Of a stretch of 64,000 nt of DNA, positions 9,578 to 17,817 are shown one piece after another. Origin of the DNA: an uncultured delta proteobacterium. GTDB taxonomy: Bacteria > Desulfobacterota > Binatia > JACPRU01. The notes beneath the pieces were generated by a model, which did no database searches, was not told where the DNA came from, and saw only the letters and a list, made by a program, of their open reading frames with translations. The stretch covers positions 192,001 through 256,000 of the forward strand of contig CAVUWD010000020.1 of NCBI GenBank assembly GCA_963745025.1, read 5' to 3'. Numbering within the stretch: the first letter of the stretch is position 1; every line of letters starts with the position of its first letter. Both the position numbers and the translations under genes were made by a program.

Positions 9578-11459
9578 ATGACCGCGAGCACCCCGACCGA
9601 TCGGTCGCTAATCTGGGTCGCCGCAATTCTGGTGCTTGCCGCCTGGCTCCGGCTCCAGGGGCTCGACTGGGACGAGGGGCAGCATCTCCACCCAGACGAG
9701 CGGTTCCTCACCATGGTCGAGGCAGCGATCAAGTCGCCGCATTCGCTCGCCGAGTATTTCGACACCGGTCGCTCGCCGCTCAATCCGGGCAACCAGAGCT
9801 ACAAGTCCTTCGCCTTCAAGTTCTTCGTCTACGGAACGCTGCCGCTGTTCGTCGTCCGATGGCTCGGCGAGTGGCTCGGCCAGGTGGATTACGCTCACAT
9901 CCACCTCGTCGGACGCGTGCTCTCGGCGCTTTACGATCTCGGCACCGTGTTGCTGACCGGGTGGCTGGGAACGAGGCTCGCCGGCCGTCGCGTCGGACTC
10001 TTCGCCTGCGCGCTCGTCGCGTTCAGCGTGACGTCCATTCAGAATGCGCACTTCTTCACGGTTGACAGCGCCGCTGCGTTCTTCGCGACGGCGGCTCTCT
10101 GCGCGCTCGTCGCGCTCGCCGACACGGCCTCGCTCCGCGCGCAGTTCCTCTTCGGGGCGATGTTCGGGGCGACTCTCGGCTGTCGGATCAATCTGGCGTT
10201 GCTGGGCGTCGTCTATCCGCTCGCGTGGTTGTGTGCCTGGCAGACCCGGCGTGCCGGCTTCGCCCGGCTCGCCGGTGGGGCGATTGCGGCTGGGCTCACC
10301 GCAGCCTTGGTGTTTCGCGTCGCCCAGCCGTACGCCTTTGCCGGACCCGGGTTCTTCGACGTCGCGCCCGCGAGCAACTTCGTGTGGAGCATGCGGGAGA
10401 TCCAAATCCTCGCCACCGGCGCTACCGACTATCCGCCGGCGGTCCAATGGATCGGCCGAACGCCGATTGTCTTCCCAGGCAAGAATTTGCTGCTCTGGGG
10501 AATCGGTCCGGCGTGGGGGATCGCCGCGGTCGGCGGGGTGCTCTGGTGGCTGCTTCGCAGGGAAAGCCTCCGCGGCGACATCGCGCTCCTCTGGGCGGCG
10601 GTGCTCTTCGGCTATCACGCGGCGCAGTTCACGGCGACGGGGCGATACTTCCTGCCGATCGTCCCCGTGCTCGCGGTGTTCGCGGCGTGGCCGCTCGCCG
10701 CCGAATCTGGCCGCCTCAGGACCGCCCTCGCGTGGCTGTTGGTGGCGCTGACCGCTCTCTGGGCGATCGCGTTCACGGCGATCTACCGACGGGAAGCGAC
10801 CCGCGTCGAGGCGTCGCGTTGGATCTACCGAAACGTCCCGGCCGGATCGGCGATCGCCACCGAGCATTGGGACGACGGCTTGCCGCTCGCGCTTTCGGAC
10901 GTCGCTGCCGGTTCGTTACGGCTCGATCGTGCTACGGCTCTACGACGACGACACCGAGAGCAAGCGTCGCGAGCTCGTCGATCAGCTAGCCTCGGCGGAC
11001 TACATCGCGATCTCGAGCAACCGTCTCTATCGCTCGATCCCGCGCACCCCTTGGCGGTATCCGCTGACGCGCCGCTACTACGAGCTGCTCTTCTCCGGTG
11101 AGCTCGGCTTTCGCCTCGAACGGTCGTTCACGTCCTATCCACGTCTCGGGCCGCTGGAGATCGCCGACGACGACGCCGAGGAAGCCTTCACCGTGTACGA
11201 TCATCCCCACGTGCTACTCTTCAAGAAGACCGAAGCGTTCTCGCGCAAGCGCGTGGAGGAGCTGCTCGGCGCCGTCCGGCTCGGGACCATCCACGTGACG
11301 CCGCGCAGGGCTTCGGAGCTCTATCGGCGGATGCGCCCTACCGACATTCCGCTTCCGGAGTCCGATGCGGTGAGAACGGCCGTTCCTGTTAAGGACGGGA
11401 GCTCACTCAGCGCGCTCGTCCGCTGGCTGCTGGCGGCGAGTTGTCGCCGGTGCCGATGA
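9578..11459 (+). CDS. GT39/PMT-like GT-C membrane glycosyltransferase; one frameshift (~10912), apparently C-terminally truncated
   Basis: HLHPDERFLTMV, FFVYGTLP, AHFFTVD, EHWDDGLP in ORF 9494-11101; continues in ORF 10929-11459 (SSNRLY, EEAFTVYDHP). Confidence 0.7.
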
Positions 11460-11502
11460 ACATGGGTTTGGGGACCGTAGCGGCGGTCAACGACGCAGGC
11501 AG

Positions 11503-13617
11503 TCACTCGCGAGCGTTCGTGTCGCGGACGGCGAAGACTTCGGTCGTGCCGAAGTGATAGACCGCTTCGAAGATCTCGGGGTGCAGACGAAACTTGTCGA
11601 GTGAAGCGGGCGCGAAGCGCTCGCGCTCGAGATCGCCGATGAAGACGTAGGCGATTCGATAGCGTGCGAGCAACGGACGAATCGCGTCAACGTCGGTCTC
11701 GCTGTAGATTCGATCCACGTCGCGCTTGCGCTCCGTGATCCGCGGATCGTTGCCGCGCCACACGTTCTCGTGGTTGCCCCAGCCGAGGACGGTCGGCAGC
11801 CCCGTGTTCGACGAGGCTCGGGCGTAGTACGAATACGGATCGCCGGACGCTTCGAGAACGACCGGCTGGTCGCGGGCGGTGCTTGCCAGCCAACGAATGG
11901 CCGCGGCGTCCGACGGGTGATCGCGGTCGAGATAGGCGAGGCCGTCGAGGGAGGGCGCGCGGGCTCCCCACCGCAGATGAATCGCCGCCATCGGATAGCA
12001 GAGCGATGCGGTGAGCCCGATCAGCAGAACGAGGATCGTGGCGGTGCGCATCCAGCGGCCGGGGCGGTCGAGCAGGTCGACGACGAACGCCGGGAAGGCG
12101 AGCGCGAGAAGCACCCACGCCTGGAAGTAGAGCTTGAACACCGTGTTCATGCGGTGGAGCTCGCCGCCGTATGGATCGCGCAGGAACACGACTTCGCAGG
12201 CGCCGAGAGCGGTGGCCGCGGTCGCGAGCAGCGCGACCGCCAGCGCGATCGGCGTCTGGCGAATCGGACCGAGCAGCGTGAGCAGGCAGACGATCAGCAG
12301 AGCCGCCATGAAGATCAGCACCGCGCTCTGCGTGGCGACGTAGAGCGCCACCACGCTGAAGCCTGCGCAGGCGAAGACGAGATCGCGAACGGGCGGGTCG
12401 TCGGCGAGCTCCGCGACGCTCTCGCGTCCGAGGCGGGCGACGGCCGGCAAGAGCAAGAACCCGAAAACGGTGAGGAAGGGTCCGACCGCCGTGCGCGCGT
12501 GAACCCGGCCGACGCCGTGATACTGAGCCTGGAACCTCAGGGTGAACGGCAGGGAGAGAAGCGTCATCCCGACGGCGAGCGCGACGACGAGGGCGACGGC
12601 GGTCAGCACCGCGCGGAAGGGGTGGCTCGCGTCCCAGAGCCGGTGCAGCGAGAGACATCCGATCAGCGTGAAATAGACGGGAACGTCCCAGGGGTTCGTG
12701 AGCGCCAGCGCGGCGAGCAGCAAGGTCAGGAGGCCGAGGTTCGGTAGGTTCGAGCGCAGCGGGCGCCCCTCGCTCGCCGCCAAGGATGTCGCCAGCGCAA
12801 CGCCGATCAAGCTCACGTTGATGATCAAGGCGATCACGTGCGGGTGGAGGTCACCGTGATACAGGCTGAAGAAGGGGAACTCGTTGATCGTGTTCGGGAC
12901 GACGCGGCTCGGGCGCCAGTAGTCGAACGCGGAGAGAGCCTTCCGCTCGATCAGCAATTGGCGCGCGGCGTCGAGGTTGCCGATGAAGACCAGCGCGACG
13001 CCTCCGAGAGCCCCGCCCCAGACACGTCGCGAGATGCACGCGCCGATCGAGGCCGCGCCGGCGAAGATCACCGCGCCAACGGTGGCGAGCGAGAGATTGT
13101 AGGCGACGGCCGGAGCGATGCCCGTCACTCGCGCGAGGTTGGCGAGCGACAGATAGCCGAAATAGTAGTAGTTGATCGGCACGCCGCTCATCCACGGATC
13201 CTGCGGAGGCAGGTGATCGGTTCGAATCAACGTGTTGAAGAAGGCGAAGTCCATGTACTTCTCGGCGCCGAACACGTCCGGCTGGAGCGAGCGAACGCCC
13301 GCGAACAGCGAGAGCACGGCCAAGAAGATCGCCTCGTCACGCAGCCATGGCCATCGCCATTCACCCGCGAACCGCCTCCAGGCGACGACGCCGATCACCG
13401 CGAGCGCGAGCGCGGCGATGGCGAGCGCGGTGCGGTACGAAACTCCGGCGCTCGCGAGCAGCCACGAGGCGTAGGTGAGCGCGATCAGCGCGAGCGGCTT
13501 GGCGAATGCGCGACCTCGGTCGGGGAAGCTCGCCGGAAAGATCCGGTACGCGACGGGTAGAAATCCCAGTCCGAGGACCGCCAGCAGAGCCCACCAAAGA
13601 AGCAGGTCGAGAATCAC
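11503..13617 (-). CDS. DUF2298 / Chlor_Arch_YYY (TIGR03662) membrane protein
   Basis: EKYMDFAFFN, PPQDPWMSG..INYYYFGY, TINEFPFFS...GDLHPH, RMNTVFKLYFQAW, TGLPTVLGW.NHE. Confidence 0.85.
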   Translation of the reverse strand: MILDLLLWWALLAVLGLGFLPVAYRIFPASFPDRGRAFAKPLALIALTYASWLLASAGVSYRTALAIAALALAVIGVVAWRRFAGEWRWPWLRDEAIFLAVLSLFAGVRSLQPDVFGAEKYMDFAFFNTLIRTDHLPPQDPWMSGVPINYYYFGYLSLANLARVTGIAPAVAYNLSLATVGAVIFAGAASIGACISRRVWGGALGGVALVFIGNLDAARQLLIERKALSAFDYWRPSRVVPNTINEFPFFSLYHGDLHPHVIALIINVSLIGVALATSLAASEGRPLRSNLPNLGLLTLLLAALALTNPWDVPVYFTLIGCLSLHRLWDASHPFRAVLTAVALVVALAVGMTLLSLPFTLRFQAQYHGVGRVHARTAVGPFLTVFGFLLLPAVARLGRESVAELADDPPVRDLVFACAGFSVVALYVATQSAVLIFMAALLIVCLLTLLGPIRQTPIALAVALLATAATALGACEVVFLRDPYGGELHRMNTVFKLYFQAWVLLALAFPAFVVDLLDRPGRWMRTATILVLLIGLTASLCYPMAAIHLRWGARAPSLDGLAYLDRDHPSDAAAIRWLASTARDQPVVLEASGDPYSYYARASSNTGLPTVLGWGNHENVWRGNDPRITERKRDVDRIYSETDVDAIRPLLARYRIAYVFIGDLERERFAPASLDKFRLHPEIFEAVYHFGTTEVFAVRDTNARE

Positions 13618-13703
13618 GTGCGGAGCACTCCTAGTGTTCGCGGAGTCGATTTGCAACGCGCGGCACCTCGAACTGCGCCGTCCGGACTGCTAAGTCTTGG
13701 AGC

Positions 13704-15065
13704 GTGACCGCTCCAGGCTCCTCCCCGCCGAACGTCGCCGTGATCGGGGGCGGTTTTGCGGGGTTGGCGGCCGCGTACTGCCTCGCCCGCGCCGGGATCT
13801 GCGTATCGCTCTTCGAGCGCAGCGCGCAGCTCGGCGGCCTCGCCATGGCGTTCCCTCTCGCGGACACCGAGATCGAGAAATACTATCATCATTGGTTTAC
13901 CTCGGATCGCGACGTTCTCGAGGTTATCGGCGAGCTCGGGCTCGAGAATCGACTGCACTGGATCTCGCCGGTGATGGGCATGTTTTGTCGCGGCCAGATC
14001 TACCGCTTCACCTCGCCGATGGATCTCCTGCGCTTTCGCCCGTTCAGCTTGACGGCCAAGGTGCGCTTCGGGGTCGTGACGCTGTTCCTGCAGCGCTACC
14101 CGCGGAAGGAGCCGTTCGAAGGAGTGACCGCTGCGAGCTGGCTCCGGCGCTACGCCGGCCGCGAGGTCTACGACACCGTCTGGGGGCCGCTCCTCCGCGC
14201 CAAATTCGGCCGCAATGCGGAGTCGATCTCGATGGCGTGGATCTGGTCGAAGATGCGCTTGCGGGGTACGTCGCGGACGCAAGGCGGCAACAAGGAGAGC
14301 CTCGGCTACCTCGATGGCGGCTTCGGAGTCGTTGCGCGCGCTCTCGGGGAAGCCATCGTCCGAGGCGGCGGCGCCGTGAACGTCAGCGAGCCCGTGCTGC
14401 GGCTCTCCGCTCTGCCGCCCGAGCGCCACCCCGCGGAGCGATTCGAAATCACGACGTCACGCCGCGCGCAGCGCTTCGCGGCGGTGATCTCCACGGTCGC
14501 ACCGCCGCTCCTCGCCCGTCTCGCTCCGGATCTCCCTGCCGATTATCGGCGGCGCCTCGAGGCATTCGAGCATTCCGCGATCCTCTGCACGATGCTCTTG
14601 CTGCGGCATCAGCTCTCGCCGATCTACTGGATGAACATCAGCGATCGCGCGATTCCCTTCGGAGGACTGATCGAGCACACGAACTTCATCCCACGCGAGC
14701 GCTACGGCGGCCAGCGGATCCTCTACATCTCGCACTATTGCTATGCCGACGAGCCCGTCTATCGATTCGAATCGCAGGAGCTCTTTGCGCATTATCGTCC
14801 CGGCCTCGAGCGCGTGCGTCCGGGATTCGACGAGACCTGGGTGGAGCGGCAGATGCAGTTTCGCGACGACCATGCACAGCCGATCGTCGACGTCGACTAC
14901 CAACGGCGATTGCTGCCCGTGGCGGGCCCGTTGCCGGGCCTCTACGCCGCCACCATGTCGCAGGTCTATCCGGAGGATCGGGGCACGAACTACGCCGTGC
15001 GCGTCGGGACGCAGGCCGCGAGAGCGCTCGTCCGAGACCATCTTGTCTCTCCTCCGGGATCGTGA
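13704..15065 (+). CDS. FAD-dependent oxidoreductase (PRK07233 / protoporphyrinogen-oxidase-like family)
   Basis: VIGGGFAGL Rossmann motif, EKYYHHWF, C-terminal QVYPEDRGTN. Confidence 0.8.
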   Translation: MTAPGSSPPNVAVIGGGFAGLAAAYCLARAGICVSLFERSAQLGGLAMAFPLADTEIEKYYHHWFTSDRDVLEVIGELGLENRLHWISPVMGMFCRGQIYRFTSPMDLLRFRPFSLTAKVRFGVVTLFLQRYPRKEPFEGVTAASWLRRYAGREVYDTVWGPLLRAKFGRNAESISMAWIWSKMRLRGTSRTQGGNKESLGYLDGGFGVVARALGEAIVRGGGAVNVSEPVLRLSALPPERHPAERFEITTSRRAQRFAAVISTVAPPLLARLAPDLPADYRRRLEAFEHSAILCTMLLLRHQLSPIYWMNISDRAIPFGGLIEHTNFIPRERYGGQRILYISHYCYADEPVYRFESQELFAHYRPGLERVRPGFDETWVERQMQFRDDHAQPIVDVDYQRRLLPVAGPLPGLYAATMSQVYPEDRGTNYAVRVGTQAARALVRDHLVSPPGS

Positions 15066-15084
15066 GATTCATTCGTGTTCGACA

Positions 15085-16026
15085 GTGGCCGCGGCGATCG
15101 AAATCTCGGAGCTTCGTCACCGCTACGGGGAGCGCGAGGCGCTCCGCGGGGTCAGCCTGACGATCGAGCGGGGTGAGATCTTCGCGCTGCTCGGTCCGAA
15201 CGGCGGCGGCAAGACGACGCTCTTCAAGATCCTTTCCACGCTGATGCGTGCGGGGGAGGGGGGCGTGCGGGTGCTCGGTCACGATCTGAGCCGCGAGGCC
15301 GAGCGCGTGCGGCCGCGTATCGGAGTGGTGTTTCAGAATCCCGGTTTGGATCCGAAGCTGACCGTGGCGGAGAACCTCGTGCATCACGGACATTTGTATG
15401 GTCTGGGAGGCGCCGCGCTGCGCGAGCGCGTGAAGGCCATGCTCGCCGACCTGGACCTCGCGGACCGGGCCGACGATCTCGTGGAGACGCTCTCCGGAGG
15501 CCTCGCGCGACGAACGGAGCTGGCGCGTGGATTGCTCCACGCGCCGGAGCTGCTGTTGCTCGACGAGCCGAGCACCGGTCTCGATCCGGGGGCACGCCGC
15601 GATTTCGCGCAGCACCTGCGAGCCTTGCGTGACCGTGACGGCGTGACCGTCGTGCTGACCACTCATTACATGGAGGAGGCCGAGCGCGCCGATCGGGTCG
15701 CCGTGCTGCACGAGGGTTCCCTGGTGGCGCTGGGTACGCCGGACGAGCTCAAGCGCAGCGTCGGCGGTGACGTCGTCGTGATCGAAGCCGTGTCGCCGCA
15801 GGATCTGCGCGACAAGGTCCGGGCGCGATTCGGCCTCGACGCGCAGCTCGTCGACGGCACGCTGCGGGTGGAGAGATCCCGCGGTCACGAGTTCGTGCGC
15901 GACGTCGTCGAGGCGTTTCCCGGCGAGGTTCGATCCGTTACGTTCGGGCGGCCGACGCTCGAAGACGTGTTCGTCCATGTCACCGGTCGGCGCTTCTCGG
16001 AGGCCAACGGGGGACCGCAGTCGTGA
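15085..16026 (+). CDS. ABC-2 type exporter ATP-binding protein
   Basis: GPNGGGKTT Walker A, LSGG signature, LLLLDEP Walker B, TTHYMEEA. Confidence 0.9.
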   Translation: MAAAIEISELRHRYGEREALRGVSLTIERGEIFALLGPNGGGKTTLFKILSTLMRAGEGGVRVLGHDLSREAERVRPRIGVVFQNPGLDPKLTVAENLVHHGHLYGLGGAALRERVKAMLADLDLADRADDLVETLSGGLARRTELARGLLHAPELLLLDEPSTGLDPGARRDFAQHLRALRDRDGVTVVLTTHYMEEAERADRVAVLHEGSLVALGTPDELKRSVGGDVVVIEAVSPQDLRDKVRARFGLDAQLVDGTLRVERSRGHEFVRDVVEAFPGEVRSVTFGRPTLEDVFVHVTGRRFSEANGGPQS

Positions 16027-16805
16027 CCCGCTATTGGCGTCCGGTCATGACCCTCTGGTGGCGCGAAGTCATTCGCTTCGTGCGCCAGCGGAGCCGGCTC
16101 TTCGGCTCATTTGCGCAGCCGTTGGTCTTCTGGATGCTGCTCGGCGGCGGAATGAACGCGTCATTTCAACCCGCGGCAGGCGCCGGAGGCACGAGCTACG
16201 TCGAGTACTTCTATCCTGGCGTCATGGTCATGGTGTTGCTGTTCACCGCGATCTTCGCGACCATCTCGACGGTCGAGGATCGCCGCGTAGGATTCCTGCA
16301 GGGGGTGCTCGTGGCCCCGGTCTCGCGCGCGCAAATCGTGCTGGGCCAGGCGCTCGGCGGCGCCACGCTCGCGCTCGTGCAAGGCGCGCTCTTTCTCGTC
16401 CTGGCCCCATTCGCCGGAATCCACCTCGGCGTCGGCGCCGTCGTCGGAGCGGTTTTCGTGATGTTCTTGGTTTCGTTCGCGCTCACCAGCCTCGGGTTGG
16501 TGATCGCTTGGAAGATGGAGTCCACGCAGGGATTTCACGCGGTCATGAATCTGATCCTGATGCCGATCTGGTTCCTCTCCGGCGCCGTATTTCCGGTCTC
16601 CGGAGTACCGCGTGTGCTGGGCTGGGTGATGCGGGCGAATCCGCTCACGTACGGCATGGCGGCGCTTCGCCGTGCACTGTATTCGGGCAATCCAGCGGCG
16701 GTGAGCGCGCTGCCCGGGTTGGTTTTGTCGCTCGCGGTCACCGCGGCATTCGCCGCGCTCTCCTTCTTGGCTGCCGCCGCGATTGCGCGGCGCGCTGCCG
16801 CGTAG
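16023..16805 (+). CDS. ABC-2 type exporter permease
   Basis: Six TM helices, FLSGAVFP and NPLTYG motifs; overlaps the ATPase stop. Confidence 0.9.
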   Translation: MTRYWRPVMTLWWREVIRFVRQRSRLFGSFAQPLVFWMLLGGGMNASFQPAAGAGGTSYVEYFYPGVMVMVLLFTAIFATISTVEDRRVGFLQGVLVAPVSRAQIVLGQALGGATLALVQGALFLVLAPFAGIHLGVGAVVGAVFVMFLVSFALTSLGLVIAWKMESTQGFHAVMNLILMPIWFLSGAVFPVSGVPRVLGWVMRANPLTYGMAALRRALYSGNPAAVSALPGLVLSLAVTAAFAALSFLAAAAIARRAAA

Positions 16806-16908
16806 CGGGGACCTTCTTCACTGGTCGCCCTTCCCGTGACGCGCCGTTCCGCGACGAACAGGAAGGGACCTATGCCAGTGAGGACGGTCCCGCTCCGCGG
16901 GCCGTCCG

Positions 16909-17349
16909 TCAGGCCGCGATCTTCTGGTAACCGTCGCCGACCTTGCGAACCCGCTTCGCTCGGCTCCACTGCGCAAGACTGATGCCGGCACGTTGACCCG
17001 CAAGCTTTCTCACGTCTTCCAACGTGAAGGTCTTGCCGAGCTTCTGGAAATACTTCTCGGCCTGGGGAGTGCCTCGACGCCGCGTTCTCGCGCGCGCGCG
17101 CGTGGGTTTGCCGGGCCGGCCAGCCTTGCGCGGCCGCCCGGGCCCGCGGCGCTTGCGGACCGGCGCCGCGCCGAAGAGCTCGGATTTGAAGATCCGCTCC
17201 TCGCTGACCAGCTTGGCTAACCTCGCGGTCGTCAGGCGGATTTCGCTCCGGAGAGAATCGAGAGCGCTCTTCGCCGCAGCGCGAGCCTGCCGCACGATTG
17301 TCAGCGCGCCGCCGGTCGCCCGTCTCTGTCTTCGTTGCTTTCTAGGCAT
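16909..17349 (-). CDS. Highly basic hypothetical protein with AT-hook-like motif (putative DNA-binding)
   Basis: Arg/Lys-rich; coiled-coil segment, RKRRGPGRPRKAGRP, small C-terminal globular domain. Confidence 0.6.
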   Translation of the reverse strand: MPRKQRRQRRATGGALTIVRQARAAAKSALDSLRSEIRLTTARLAKLVSEERIFKSELFGAAPVRKRRGPGRPRKAGRPGKPTRARARTRRRGTPQAEKYFQKLGKTFTLEDVRKLAGQRAGISLAQWSRAKRVRKVGDGYQKIAA

Positions 17350-17508
17350 GCACTGTTCTCCTCTGTATGGCCGCATCCACCGCGAGCCGGTACATCATCA
17401 TTGCATGAAGCGCGATCAAATAGCCAACTGGCCAGAGCCGACATTTGCGCATATGTGCGGGCATTTGACAAACCTAGCCTCGAAGTAAAAATACTTGAAT
17501 CCGCTAGA

Positions 17509-17637
17509 GCGTGCCGAGCCCGTACCCGACTGGGGCGCCACGAGTTGCTTCCTAGACACCTGTCGCGCCTCCACAGACGGCCCCGCCACTCATCAGGCGC
17601 TCGCGACGCGCCCCAGTCGGGTGCGGGCTCGGCACGC
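17509..17637. repeat. 30-bp inverted repeat pair (REP doublet / MITE-like)
   Basis: gcgtgccgagcccgtacccgactggggcgc (17509-17538) vs reverse complement of 17608-17637, one mismatch. Confidence 0.75.
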
Positions 17638-17817
17638 GTCTTGGCCCAAATTATTTTCGCTTCGAGGTGAATGGCATCCATTGGGTCGGAATTCCCGATC
17701 GGGCACCGCCGGCCCTCTGCATTCGGCGCTCGCCAAGCCTTCTCGACGGCCGAGAGCCGAAAGCCGATGCGGCTGTCGTCCGCGGAGAGTACCTAGACAA
17801 TCGGTTGCGCTCGAATC

